Source of the DNA: Octopus bimaculoides
Taxonomy: Eukaryota
Direction: 5' to 3'
NCBI RefSeq assembly: GCF_001194135.2
Contig: NC_068993.1
Span: 305,680-369,679, forward strand
DNA length: 64,000 bases
Both the position numbers and the translations under genes were made by a program. Under the pieces are notes generated by a model. That model was given only the letters and a program-made list of their open reading frames with translations. It had not been told where the DNA came from and made no database searches. Within the stretch, counting starts at the first letter, position 1. Every line of letters starts with the position of its first letter. Positions 48,961-62,329 of this stretch are shown here, piece by piece.

Positions 48961-51900
48961 TTGTATATACAGGCGTTTATGTATTTGTGTTGCAAGATTC
49001 CTGATGTGAAAACTTGTGTTGAAATAGATATTGTTATATTTGGGGAAGTCATTTTGTTTTTGCCAATTAAAGACATGCACTATTTATTTGATTTTCACTT
49101 TGGCTTTCATTCACAAAATATACTGTAGTGCACCTCAGAGCTGTATACAATATTATTATCATAATTATTGTTTTATCAAAAAATGAGAGAACATTAATTG
49201 TCCTAAAAATGGCAGAGTGTAGCTGGAATCCTGTTCAAGTGTCCAGGTATACAAAGTTTCATGCTTNNNNNNNNNNNGGGGGTCTGGGCAACTTGCCAGG
49301 AGAGCAGCTAACCTGGAATCCCTGAGTATGGTGGGGTGGAGGTGCAGTAAGAACAGGAACAAAGGCAGAGTGTGTGGAGAAGAAATGGTGAAAGAGATAT
49401 AAAGAATCTCAAATGACCGCTGGTTAACAGATTTATGCCGAAGAGACATTTGAACTATCCTGTGACACAAGTTATCTTACTACTTATGTGATAATTTCAT
49501 GATATCTGAAGAAATATCAACAAACTAACTGTTATTATTGTTATTGGTCACCAAATAACACTTTTATATGAGTAATACATTCAACAGGTAAAAACCTCAC
49601 ATATGTGATATGATTTCCTCACAACAGTTCATTCATATTGCTCAGAAACATGATTTATAAACCATGAAGCAACAGGAATCCTTTTCCTCCAATTCACCTT
49701 TTGGTTTCTTTAAGTTAAAAGAATTAGGAATAACAAGAGCCAGATGAACCCAATAGAAAGGGGCTTTTTCTTTTGTATTCCTTCAACCATCTGAAATATA
49801 ATTAAACACTAACTGTATAAAGTACACACACCAATAGGGATGGGACAAAAATACTTACTTATTTAATTTTGGTGAACCTTTAAGCTCTTCAAAACTAAGA
49901 TATATTTTATCGAGGGATTGGTTATTTGGATGTTCTGAGTCCTCCAAAGCTGCACCTGCCAACTGCAATAATTCAATTTCATCACATTGGAAATCAATAA
50001 ACAATCAATCAGTAAGTAATGTTGTCAGATCAATATTACAATAGATTTGTGTGTGTGAATATATAAACACATGATGATGATGATTCCTGATGTTATTTTC
50101 AACACTATACAAAACAGATTCTGAAAACTGATAAAGACAAATATGTTTGAATAAAATGTTTGGAAGTTCAATATATTTTGATTTTTAAAAATTTTAGATG
50201 ACATTTGATGAACAATGGAGCTATGGGTGTCAGCTACTGAAAGATTAATCACAAGTTTATCTATTTATCATACAGCCTTATTTAATATTTCTGATAGCAA
50301 AATGAGCAATGGATTGTCTCTAAAACTCAAATTAGTCTTAGTTTTTTTTCATATATTATCATCATCATCATTTAACATTCCTTTTTCCCTGTGACAAGAG
50401 CTGAAAGACTGGTAGAGTGAACGTAAATAAACCAGCAGAGGGCAACGGGAAACAACTGCTGTGGCCAAGAAAAACCATAAATCTTAAGACTTTGGCATAA
50501 CAGTCCATGTTAAAGCAGAGAGAGAGAGTGGAGGAGAATCTAAAGAAGTTAAAACAGTGAATTAAGTTTGTTTACCTTCATCAAGTGTGCCGCACATTTC
50601 ACTGTTTCATCACCGCTATGTTTCAGAAGAAGTTCCAGTAAAGAATAGATGGCATTTCTCAATACGTTTAGTTTTTCCTTCACACCATCAGTCTCAAGCT
50701 AAAAGTTAGTAGAAAACATCAATTACATAATTATATTCAAACATAACTAGAAAACAGTTCCTATTTCTATTTTATATATACAGTGCAGGACAGCCATGTA
50801 TCTCCCCTTTTCACCAACAAACCTGTTCTTCTCCTAAAAATGGCTCCCTCTTTACAATACTTGCACTAAGTCAAGGGAACCGTTTTAAAGTACTGCAAGT
50901 TACATAGGGACCTCACTTGTTTTGGTGCCACACAAAAAGTACCCCAGGAACACATTGTAAAGTGGTCGGTATTAGGGTTAGGGTATCCAGCTGTAGAAAC
51001 CATACCAAAGTAGGTACTGAAGTTCAACACAGCCCCTCCAACTGTCCAAACCATACCAGTATCATCATCCTCATTTAATGTCTATGTTTAATACTGACCA
51101 AGGTTGGATAGTTTGACAAGGATCCAGTCTGTCCGAGGACTGCATTGTGCTGCAACGTCTGCTTTGGCATCGTTTCTACAGTCAGACATTCTTAACACCA
51201 ACTACTTGACAGTGTGTACTGGGTTTGTCTGTTATATTGCAACAAAGATATAATTTGGGCAAAATCAAACACCAAAATTGTAAAGGCTAATATTTTCACA
51301 ATGTTTTCTATAACTAAATCAGATTATTTCCACAGATACTATCTCAAATATTATATTCTTCTAAATTTATATATACAATTATATTCTTCTAAATTTAATA
51401 TCTAAAATGTTATTTATCAACATTTAATGCAATTTTAAAATGTTTTAAGTCATACCTCCAGTAACAAGAAAAGTTCTGCAATAAATAAGGACATTCTACA
51501 AAACCTTGGGATTGTTGCTGCCGATGATATTAATTCTGTTCTTAGGTTATATGCTTTCTCACAACTGAAAGAATAAAAAAACATTGAAGGATTAAATATC
51601 AAATAAACTGTTGCTTAGTCGCTCGATGATCAGCCACGACAATTTCATTAGAAATATCATCAATTATGCAAATATGATGCCACTTAATGGTGTGCAACTA
51701 ATTAATTGCTCATCAATGTGATAATGATCATATACTTAGTCAATCTACTAGGAATCCAAGAGACCTTTCAGTGACAGATAAATAAAAACTTTGGAGCCAG
51801 AATGTTAAAGAAGCTAATGAGACAAAATGTGACAATGACATCAACAACAAAAATAACACGAGATGGGGAAACGAGAGAATTTAAGGAGTGAACAGCAATC

Positions 51901-54900
51901 TGTGCAAATGTTATGGAATAACGAGATTGAGATTAGTTGTGGATATAAATGATATAACATGATTAGTTAGAGATATAAAGACTAAAGAAGAAAAGATATC
52001 ACTCAAAGAAGAATCATTCTGAACGAAACATTTTCATTCCATATGAATAGAGTCAACAAGTAACCTTTGTTCAGCATAAGCTTATGGTGGTGGGGAATAA
52101 TTATTAAAAAGAGGTTTATTGTAAAGTATGAATGCAATAAAACATATATAGCAACTTGAATGGCGAGGATGAACGACCTGTGATATTACGACAGACCACT
52201 AGTTGTCTTTGGTCTCGGATAAGTCCCAGGAGAAGCGACCATTTGTGCTGATGTCTGATGCAAGTGACATCTAAGCAGCTGAAAAGTTGCTGGGAAATGA
52301 AATTTTGTTCCCAAACTGAGACTAGAAGCCAGATAGAGTGTCTCTAGCTGTAATTGTCAAAGCTGGAGATAATATTGACTGGAGTCAGGGAGAAAATATT
52401 TAGAAAATAACAAACCAACAAACTGCCAAGTAGAATCTTGTTTATATTGTCATGTTAGATCAACAAGGATTATCTTAAGCCATGCTAAAGTAAAAGACCT
52501 ATCAAGCCAGGTGAAATTGTAGTCGTGACAGATACTGGTGTCACGCAACTGGCAATCAAACTGGTGGCACATAAAAGCACCCATTATACTCTTGGAATGG
52601 ATGGCATGTTAGAAAGGGCATCCAGCCATAGAGATTGGAGTCTAGTGCAGCCCCTCAGTTTACCAGTACTGGTCAAACTGTCCAACCCATACCAGCATAG
52701 ACAATGGACGTTAAATGATGAGGATTCAGGAAATAAACAGGCATCAACCTATTAAAACCAACGACATATCATCAATCATTAAGTCTTTCAAAACATTCAA
52801 AACATGACGAAACTTATTGCTAAGTTTAAGTAAAAATAAGAAGAAAAGGTCTTTGAAAGTAATAAAACCAGTTGTGATATTCTGATGGGTTTTATGCAGT
52901 TTCTTTGTCATTAATCACAACAAATACCCTTCAAAATGATCAAACCTGCTGGGTTCGCAACTCACTCTACTCTCTCTCTTCTTTCTACTCATCTCTTGCT
53001 ATCAATGTCATTCCCAAGTCTAAAACCAACATACAAGGTGCATTCCAGAAGCCTTGAGACTTTTGTTTTTTTAGGAGAGGCAACTACATCTGTCTTAGAT
53101 TATTGGAATTTCAGTATATATTGATTACGACATCTAATAAGCTGACTTGCCACTTTTTTTTTTTAAATTCCAGATTGAAGGAGACAACTGTAACAACACT
53201 TTGAACATGCACTACTAAACATTGCAGTTGATTAGTTTGTAGAATGCAATTGGGACATGAAGACAGTTTGGAAGTTCAGCAATGCAATGAAGTTTTGGGT
53301 TTAACTGGGCAGAAATGGCAAAGAAACTTATGAAATGCTCCAAACTGGTCATGGATTAACTTGCATGATACCAGCATGTGTTTTTTTTGCTAGCACAAGA
53401 GATTCAAGGACAATAAAAAGGAGGTGAAAATGATGAGGTGTGTGTGGGGAGAGAGAGATAGATACTACAAGAATCTTACAAATTCTTGCCATACAAAATT
53501 ATTCATACTTATTTCTATAATTTTTATCAATCCACCAAAACATAATTTTGCAAAATCTCACCATCAACACACTCTTCATTTGGAAAATAGTTAGTTTTGT
53601 TTGTTTTTTTTTTGTTTTTTTTTTGTGGAAATCCATTTTGTGAGTTTGTAACGTTTTTACGAATTTAATCCAGAGGCAGGGGCTATACTTATGGCCTTTG
53701 TAGGTCCTCCAAAACCAATGAGATCAATGTAGTTAATGGCTTTCTTCAACAACTCCAGGAAAAAATATGTGCCAAGAGGAAATCCAAGGAAAACATTTTG
53801 AGTCAGAATTGTGGAACTAAGCGGGCAAGTACTTAAACTGCATGCTACAGTTGAATTATTTCACTGTTCAGTGAAAATAGCTTATTACACTACAAAGTCA
53901 AACTCACTGTACATTGCTGTGCAAATATAAATTGCAACCAAATTTATGCAACTTGTATTTATTTAAAAATATATAATAAAATTATATTTTACTTTTTTTT
54001 TTCTGAAACATTTTATCTCTCTTACTCACTCTATATAATGCAAATAGAAAAGATCCAGTAGGTTTTCTGAGCCAGGACTGTGATAGATAATATGAGAATG
54101 GTTAAGTGTAGGAACAGCCATGCAATACTCTGACATTTCACTAGATCTACCTGTAGTTTGTTATTTAGATGATGTGATGAATGTAGTGAAAGCAGAGTTG
54201 CTAAAGTAAGGAAGGGATTGACTAGTTCTTGCTTATGCTGGCAGAGTGTGTGAAGTGAAAATAGAAAGTATGATAGTCCATGGTAATGAGAGCTACTGCA
54301 TGTAAAAGGTTTGAAGATGAAGAGAAATGAAATGTGAAGCATGATGTGATGGATGTGGAAGTGAAGCTACATGAAAGACTTGGCACTGTGAACGAGTGTA
54401 AAGGTGAATATTAAACACATCAGTTGAAGTTGTACACTGAGGAGACAAGCCTGCTAGTATGGACATGAAATGTAAGTTGTTGAAAGAGTATTGGATAAAG
54501 AAGTGCTATGTGATGTTGGTGGAGCTTATCTAAGGATTTAGTTAGAAGAAAAAGCAGTCGAGTTAACTTATTAAGACGTTAGGCCTCACAGAAGCGAAAA
54601 CTGAAGTCAAAGATACCATATGTGTCTATACACACACACAATCATATAAAAAAAAAAAAATGGCACTGCTGGTTACAAGAACAAGGGTGTTCTAGTTGAT
54701 CCGATCAATGGATCAGCCTCCTCGTGAAATTAATGTGCAAGTTGCTGAACCCTCCCCAAACATGTGTACTCTTAAGAGTACACATATTTGCAGAGCGTTC
54801 AGGGAGATTCAGTGTGACACAGAATGTGATAAGGCTGACCCGTTGAATTACAGGTACACCTCATTTTTGCCAGCAAAGTGGGCTGGATCAATGTGAAATG

Positions 54901-57900
54901 AAGTGTCTTGCTCAAGGACACAATGTGCCACCAGGAATTAAACTCACAACCTTACGATCAGGAGCCAAACTCCCTAAACACTAAGCCATGCACCTTCACA
55001 CACAATCATCTATGCCTCAGATGATTGTTATGTCTGGGATAGTAAAATTTTACAAGATCTTCACAAAATATAAAAAGTTAATTTGTGTGTGGAGAAAGTA
55101 GGACAGGGGTTAATTATCTAAATTCTTGCTAACATCTTCAACATCAGGCAGTTGGCTGCTCAACTACAGATTCTAGAAGACAGTTGTACATGATTACATG
55201 TTAGGGAGACATGGGTCAGTGAATGTAAAAAACACCGAAGAGAAAGGAGTTGGCAATTATCTATTGAAATGCTAATTTGTATGGAAATTAAAACTAATAA
55301 AGGTTGTTAAAGGTATTGATGTTTATAGCAGAGAGATGAGCGTAGTTGTGTGGAGATGTGAAGAATTAGAAGAGAGTTGATGGTCCAGAAAATTAAGAGC
55401 AAAAGAAGAAAACTAAAGTAGAAAGAAATGGTGAGAACAGATGTCAGGTTGATGAGTTCCAACAGAAGAGGATTTAAAAGGAGTGAAGACCTGACAATGC
55501 CAGCATGATGATATAACAGCTATTGAAATTATGATGATGATGATAGTGGTGATGACAATGACCATGATGATAGTGATGATATTGACCAGAAAATAAGAAT
55601 GTGGGCTCAGGCTTCCCAGTTAGCTGTTTGCTTGAGGTGAATATCGTTTGTGAAACAATGCAAGAAGAGAAGGAGAACATCTACATTGCAACTCCAGAAC
55701 CCAAAATACACAATTAGCTGAATCATCCAAAGAATTATTGGAGCAACAAGCTATGTACCGACCCACCTGCAACAAAACATGGTTGAACTTTGGTTCTTGG
55801 AAAGAGAGCACAACTTCATAATTCACAAACTTCAAACAAGTACCATGGCTGGAATGATAAAGATCCGCAAAACCTTTGTGAGATTTAATGGGTGAACGGT
55901 TATGGAGAGTGAAGAGCAAAAGACACTCCTACCCTGTACAGGTATTGTTTTCTTCTCATAAATCCCTATCAGACACTCAGCAAGGAAACACAAGTCCAGC
56001 ATACAAAACTATGCAAAGCTTCTTCTTCTTGTTGCTGTTGTCTGTGCCGTTGTTGCACAATGGTTGGTACACGTTTCCTCCAATTGCAGTCCAACATATT
56101 TTAGTATATCTGGAGATTCGTGTGGTGGCTGCAGTGGAGATCAGTAGAGTGGAGTTGGCTGAAGAATGGTAGATTCCTACACGAGATACCCACCCCAAAG
56201 CTAAAGAAATGTAGATATCAAAACTCACCGCACAGTCATGCAACAACAAACAAATATCCACAAGATGCAACTTAAATGACAGCAATCGTTTCATTTTTAC
56301 CAAATGAGGAGGTAAGGGACCTCATGGCAGTTGATAATTGAGCAGGAGCTAGACCTTGGACAGCATCTGACACTAGAAAGAAGCTAGATGCTATACTGCA
56401 ATCTCAAGGATTAAATAATGTATATATATATATATATATATATGTTGTGTGTGTGTGTGCACTTCATATAATAGTAAATGCTTTTAAAATACTTACCGCT
56501 TAATTAAACAATCTTGAAAACTCTTGGCAAGTGACTTATCTGATATCGATGAAATGTATTTACATATTCTTGCTCCAGTGTAAGCAAAATTTTCCATTTT
56601 TACAGACTACATAAATAAGAAAGAAAGAAAAGAGAAAAATAGACTGACAATCAAACTGAACAGAATGATTTTTGTCACAAGTGAAAAAAAAAAAAGTACT
56701 TCTGTTACTCCTTTTGTTGCACATTACATATTTTCTTTAAAAAAAAAAAAAAATTAAATTCATATCAGAAGAGTCGCACTTGTCAGAGTTCCATTTATGG
56801 GTCCAATAGAGTTTTGTAAGGGGTGATTGTGCTCCTTAGCTGCAGCAAAAGCAATCAGTCTAGGAGAAAGAAAACTCCAAAGTCAATTCCCTCTTCCAAC
56901 ATGTTCTGAGTACGACCCATAAAACTGACATGAGGTATCCCATGCTGGTGTGCATTCTGTCAAAGGAAGAGATAGCAGGAAATGGTGCACACACACACAC
57001 ACAAAGTTCATTGTTGTGTGTGTGTGTGTGTGTGTGTGCCACCTTCAAAGTACCAAGTATACTCTGTGGAGTGGTTGGCATTAGGAAAAGCATCCAAATG
57101 CAGAAATCAAGCTGAAACAGACAATAAGCTTATATGGATTGTTGAGTGTGCTCAGCTTGTCATAGACTTTCCAAGATCTCACAGACCTGCTGTCTTTTGC
57201 ACAATATTCTTGCTTACAATGTGGCCAGCTCCCATTAAACAAAGCAACACTTACCTTCTCAAAAATTGTTTCTGCCATTTCAGCCAAGCTGTTTTCTGTG
57301 ATGTGTGTTGTGTATAAGGCCTCAGTTACTGGCCTCATATAGTCATCAATGTTTCCTGGATGTGTTGTTAGATAATAGAGAGCTACTTCAAGTAAACAAT
57401 GTGGACAATTTTTTTCTCTTTCCGATAGACTGAAATGAGCAGTACATGCTGGCAAACGATCGAATATACTGTAGTGAAATATTGCCTGTTGAAATGGATA
57501 TTGAAATGTGTTAATTAGTCATGAAATGTGATAGATTATAGAAATTTAAAATATATATTCAGAAAATGTGATCACAATTTCTGAGAAAGATAAACCATAC
57601 ATATACATACAGGTGTGTGTGTGTGTCCAGTCATTTATGAACAGTATACAACATGAAAAGAATTCAAAATGATTTTCTATTTCCACTGACAGTTGTGTTA
57701 TTCTGAATGTTTATTTCATTTTATAGAGACAGCGATAGCAAACAATTATACACACATAAGTATATTGAGTTCAAACACCAGATTATTAGTATTGCTATGC
57801 CTAAGCAAAACAATACATTGATTGATTTGATTGATTGACAATGTGTCTAGAGAGAGTAAATTTTAAGATGTTCAATGTTTCAAAACTTTTAGAGAAGGAA

Positions 57901-59308
57901 GTAAACATTTTTAGAAGGCTGAGTAACTGTTGAAAATTACTTTATGTTCTGCTTCATTAAAATTACTTCATTCTCTGATATACTCAAATTATAATTCCCC
58001 AAGATTAATCTGGAATGAACTTTTATTTGCTTCATAAAATAGTGTTCAACCATAAAGTTATACTTTAGTGAGACTAGATGCCACTTGGCAGAAAAATTAA
58101 ACTGTGATTTCTTCTGCTTAGATAAGACTAAGACAAATTAAACAATTGGCAAAGGAAGTAGAAGGAAATTAGGTTTCAGCAGAGAGGAGCAAAGCAATGT
58201 CCTTATAAAAACATGGCATAAAAATATTCTGAATATAAAGACACATTCAGATGTAAAAATATCCAAAAGACAAATTTGTCTTATATAAATTTAATAATGG
58301 TAATTCTTCTGGTCAGAATCACAACTACTCACATCATATGTTAATGTTTTTCTTGGATAAAACTCTGAGGCGTTTGGAGAGAGAACACTGTTACAATTCA
58401 ATATATTGTTTACAGTTTCCTGAAATGATGAAAATTTTTTTTATTTAGAAATACATTTAAACTTTTAACAAGAATTTATATTTCATTCCATACGTGATAA
58501 TTATACTTCTATATGACAAAAAAGTGTCAACATACATAACAATAAGGGTTTTCAGAGAAATTCAGAGTAAAGTAAGGGTTAGCCTCACACTCCCACTCTC
58601 TTGCCCTCTCCCATCACTAGGCGGTATGCTGTGCTTGTGAAGACCTGCCGAACTGAGTGAAATCGTAGTTGTGGCCGATGCCAGTGTTGTCTGACTGGCA
58701 CACCAAAAGCACCGTTTGTGCATTGGACGTCACGGTGGCAGTGACATCAAGCTGAACGAGATCAGTCATGGCCGATGCCAGTGTTGTGCAACTGGCTCGT
58801 TAAAAGCACTCTTCAATCGTTGATCAATATGCTGCACTTGTGAAAACCTGTTGAACCAAGTGAAATCGTAGTTGTGGCTGATACCAGTGCCAGCTGACTG
58901 GCACCTGTGCTGATGGCACCATTCGAGTGTTGGGCCTCATGGAGGCAGTGACAGGTGACCAAGACCCTTGGCAATATACTGTGGGTATGTAACAAGAGGG
59001 TATGTACCAGATCAAGTAGTCCTAGATTTGTCTGAGGGAATAAAGGGGATAGTCATGACTGGAATGTCTTTGAGCTGACCTGGGGCTAGATAAAATCTCT
59101 TCAAAAGAGTACCAACGTATAATATTTAACTCTTTAAAAAATCATGAAGATAAATAGGTTTGAAAAATATAAAATAATAGTTTAATATGATAATTAAAAC
59201 AAAAAACAAAATGCTTGTAAAAACTTACATCGACTGCACATTCAGGGACAAATTCTGTTGCATTACAATCTAAACTGCTATTATTGCCAGTTGAGTCTAT
59301 GTTTGATT
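44369..59308 (-). CDS. PAIP1: Polyadenylate-binding protein-interacting protein 1-like gene, 5'-incomplete (10 exons found)
   Basis: Exons 59308-59229, 58419-58333, 57485-57255, 56606-56497, 51564-51456, 50698-50576, 49962-49859, 48860-48692, 46350-46223, 44450-44369. All are GT-AG and phase-consistent. Peptides LSPNASEFYP, NFAYTGARICKY, LFIAELFLLLE, CAAHLMKLAGAALED, NEPIFF and SMDEEMMNYYEKYLESCEK resemble my recollection of human PAIP1 (PAM2, MIF4G, acidic tail). Confidence 0.9.
46223..46350 (-). CDS. PAIP1: PAIP1-like penultimate exon
   Basis: NEPIFFNKKGQQISRQEAGVDAEADMSQLLAEVDLEDMQDLQ, |gtaagt, phase 0-2. Confidence 0.9.
47325..47650 (+). mobile_element. RTE LINE 3' coding end + 3' UTR, running into an assembly gap
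   Basis: HTLTVEGTRGRGRPRKTWAEVVRQDLRTLGLTEAMTTDRDLWKWAVREKTRQAK* is a typical RTE C-terminus (GxRxRGRP..W...DR..W). Confidence 0.92.
48692..48860 (-). CDS. PAIP1: PAIP1-like exon, end of MIF4G plus linker
   Basis: TSEILIDSVLKLKEVHFGR...NSEAASNAVFIT|gtaatg, phase 2-0. Confidence 0.88.
49859..49962 (-). CDS. PAIP1: PAIP1-like MIF4G exon
   Basis: LAGAALEDSEHPNNQSLDKIYLSFEELKGSPKLN, |gtaagt, phase 0-2. Confidence 0.9.
50576..50698 (-). CDS. PAIP1: PAIP1-like MIF4G exon
   Basis: LETDGVKEKLNVLRNAIYSLLELLLKHSGDETVKCAAHLMK|gtaaac, phase 0-0. Confidence 0.92.
51456..51564 (-). CDS. PAIP1: PAIP1-like MIF4G exon
   Basis: CEKAYNLRTELISSAATIPRFCRMSLFIAELFLLLE|gtatga, phase 2-0. Confidence 0.92.
52505..52722 (+). 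mobile_element. RTE LINE 3'-end fragment (older)
   Basis: ggtggcacataaaagcaccc...tccaacccataccagcat...ggacgttaaatgatga. Confidence 0.7.
54660..55000 (-). mobile_element. tRNA-derived SINE, family C. A fragment also lies at about 95-250.
   Basis: The minus strand begins gaaggtgcatggcttagtg...gtgagtttaattcctgg...gtgtccttgagcaagacactt, a tRNA-like head plus conserved SINE core. Confidence 0.65.
56497..56606 (-). CDS. PAIP1: PAIP1-like MIF4G exon
   Basis: SVKMENFAYTGARICKYISSISDKSLAKSFQDCLIK, |gtaagt, phase 0-2. Confidence 0.92.
57255..57485 (-). CDS. PAIP1: PAIP1-like exon, start of MIF4G region
   Basis: AIFHYSIFDRL...LLEVALYYLTTHPGNIDDYMRPVTEAL...LAEMAETIFEK|gtaagt. The 5' acceptor (caacag) was chosen to keep phase 0. 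Confidence 0.8.
58333..58419 (-). CDS. PAIP1: PAIP1-like exon with a PAM2 motif (ETVNNILNCNSVLSPNASEFYPRKTLTYD)
   Basis: ttcag| acceptor, |gtgagt donor, phase 0-0. Confidence 0.9.
58625..58985 (+). mobile_element. Older RTE-family 3' UTR fragment with internal tandem subunits
   Basis: gtgaaatcgtagttgtggc.gat.ccagtg is repeated, together with the taaaagcac motif. Confidence 0.55.
59229..59308 (-). CDS. PAIP1: PAIP1-like exon with an upstream PAM2-like motif (SNIDSTGNNSSLDCNATEFVPECAVD)
   Basis: Very strong pyrimidine tract + ttag| acceptor, |gtaagt donor, phase 1-0. Only this frame is open. Confidence 0.82.
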
Positions 59309-61229
59309 CTAAGAAAGAAAAAAAAACAGAGAGAAAGACAGTATGAGATACATAGAATACCAGAAAGGGTTAATGAAAATAGTGAGAAAGACACTTAATA
59401 ACTGGGGATTCATGGTAGCAATGTAGAGAAACGGGGACCAATTCTATGTGGCAAAAAGAAAGTTGTAGATGCTAAATGAGCTTTTTTTAGAAGGTTATAA
59501 AATATTTGTTTCGATTAAGCGGATTCGATAATCTGAGAATATTCAAGAAAATAAAGATAAAAAAAACAACTCACAGCAAATAATCCTATCGTTTGTTTGT
59601 TCCTTTAACATCCGAATTTCCTTTCTTGCCTGGCTAAGAAGGGAGATAACTAAGATAGGAACCACCACCTTGTCAATCAAGTAAATGGGTTTTTTTGTTT
59701 TGTTTTTTTTCCTCAGAAAATTGAGTGGATAAACACAGCAAAGGATTTCTTGACAGAAAAAAAAAAAAATCACAAACACCACTGATTGCAGCCACAAACA
59801 GTGATGTCACTATCTGAAAACAATGCTCAGTGTGTAAACATTCGTAGTCACAAATACATACATACACACATTTTCTGTAAACCAAATTCCCTCACAAGGC
59901 ATTGGTCAGCCTAGGACTAAGATGCTGGACAGTGAGGGAGATCCCAAAGATAAGCATTCCAGAAGCAAACTGAAACACACAACCATGCCAGCACCTATAT
60001 CTATATACACACATACAACATATATATNNNNNNNNNNNNNNNNNNNNNNNNNNNNNNNNNNNNNNNNNNNNNNNNNNNNNNNNNNNNNNNNNNNNNNNNN
60101 NNNNNNNNNNNNNNNNNNNNNNNNNNNNNNNNNNNNNNNNNNNNNNNNNNNNNNNNNNNNNNNNNNNNNNNNNNNNNNNNNNNNNNNNNNTATATATATA
60201 TATATATATTATCTATCTTTCTCTCTATCTGTTTGTACATTGACTGCTGAGAACACTAAATAAAACTGATAATATTTCAGGTTTATCATGTCATTTAAAT
60301 TAATTTGATCATTCTGCAGATAACTGTGCACTTATTTTCCGAAAACAGATTTGAAGGGAGGGCTAAGTTGGTTGTGTATTGGTGGCTTTTTTTTAGCAAT
60401 CCACGTAACATCTATTTCACTGTAATGCTTTTTACAGGATGAAAAAATACGTGAGGCAGATACAAAAAGAGTGAGGGAGAAAAAAGTGAGACAAGGGGTG
60501 GGGGGAGAACTCAGAAGAAAGACATCATTATCATCATGAATATCATCATTATATATCATCATGTATATCATCATATATATCATCATGTATATAAGAGAGT
60601 ATTGTAGTTTGCTTGAAACATTGTGGATTGTTTGTAAAGAATAAAAAACTTCTTATTCTTTACATAATGTGTGTGTATATACATACATATATATATAATG
60701 TATNNNNNNNNNNNNNNNNNNNNNNNNNNNNNNNNNNNNNNNNNNNNNNNNNNNNNNNNNNNNNNNNNNNNNNNNNNNNNNNNNNNNNNNNNNNNNNNNN
60801 NNNCCCAATCCTGTCCTCTTGGCCCTGTCCCACTGTATCATTGCTCTCCGCTAGCCCCCTGACCTGAGTGTTCTACCCACACACCCCGCCTCACTGTATC
60901 ATTGCTATCGTCTAGCCCCCCGACCTGTGCGCTCCGCCCATACGTAACAAGAAAACTTTTCACACACCCTAACCCCAACAAACCAATCTAAATCTCTTTT
61001 TTTCTCCACATTTCCTCCTTCGTCCGTTATGCCTACCTCTCACTTCCCAATCCTGTCCTCATGGCCCTGTTCCTCTCTATCATTGCTACAGGTAACCATG
61101 TACTTCCTTTACAACAACACACCTGTCTCTGCCTCTCTGTCTCACTATATAACATTTCATCATCTGACACAAGACCACCTCCTCCAATGTCCCTTCTCCT
61201 CTCAAAAGATTTTTATCTTGCAGGTTACT

Positions 61230-61645
61230 TGATAACCCTGTCAGTGCATCTGGTCCACTCTGCAAAGTGGTTGCCATTTGGAAGGGTTCCCAGCTGTAAT
61301 AAGCTTGCCAAAACTGACCTCACTTGCGCTTGTGCCGCATAAAAAGCACTCAGTCCACTCTGCTGAATGGTTGGTGTTAGGAAGGGCATCCAGCTGTAAA
61401 AATCCTGCCAAAACAATTGCAGAAGTCTGGTGCAGGCTCCTGCCCAACTGACCCACTCATGCCAGCATGGAAGCTGGACGTCAAACAATGATGATGATGA
61501 TATCATCATCTTCATCATCATTCTTTAACATCGGTTTTCCTTACAAGCTGGCATGGGTTGGACAGTTTGCCAACCCATGCTGGCAAGCCAGAGAGCTGCA
61601 TCAGGTTTCAGTGGCTGGAAGCCTTTCCTAATGCCAACCACTTTA
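61230..61645. mobile_element. Two RTE 3'-end fragments arranged tail-to-tail (+ 61230-61500, - 61503-61645)
   Basis: ...ggacgtcaaacaatgatgatgatga|ta|tcatcatc... then ...gcatgggttggac...ctaatgccaaccac. Confidence 0.75.
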
Positions 61646-62329
61646 CATATATAATGTGTGAATATATATATTGTGTTTGTCTCCCCAACCCCCATCCACT
61701 TAACAACCAGTGTTGATTTGTTTGCCATAACTTTAGCAGTTTGATAGATTAAGTACCAAACTGAAAATGAAATAAAAATAGGTACTGGGGTTCATTCGTT
61801 TGGCCACACTTTTCAAGGTGGTACCCCAGGATGGCTGCAGTCGAATGATTGAAACAAATGAACTCATCATCAGCATTTAACATCCGTCTTCCATGCATGA
61901 ATGGGTAGGACTGTTGAAAGAAGCTGGCCAGGTAGAAGACTACCTCAGGGGCTACTGGGTCTGTTTTACATATATATCAACCTAGTGATGCAGTGAGTGT
62001 AAATAAAAAACAATACAGAGTGGAGGAGTGTCTTTATTGATGATGCTAACAATCAATACCAATCGACCAGTTGACCCTGTAAAGTGATTAATGAATGACA
62101 AAACAAAAAGGACTGTGAGCGATGACAAGATATGGCAGGAGCCTTCTTGTCCACACACACAAGAAACTTATACACAAATATACATGTAAACATCTATGTA
62201 TGCATGTGCACTTCCACATCACATGTAGCTTATTTTATATCAATTTGTGAACAATAGTGTGTGATACGTACCCACATGTCTGCATGCACATGTTTGCCTG
62301 TAGTCATCTATCAACATTTGACGGTGACC

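Noticed and set aside
55600-56330. ORFs of about 95-108 aa on both strands
   Set aside because: Only faint RT-like remnants (RPI-, QxxFxxGRS-like) with frameshifts; too weak to annotate and not gene-like
57966-58009. 44-nt AG/GT-bounded candidate PAIP1 exon
   Set aside because: Its open frame is phase 2-0, incompatible with the phase-0 end of the exon upstream
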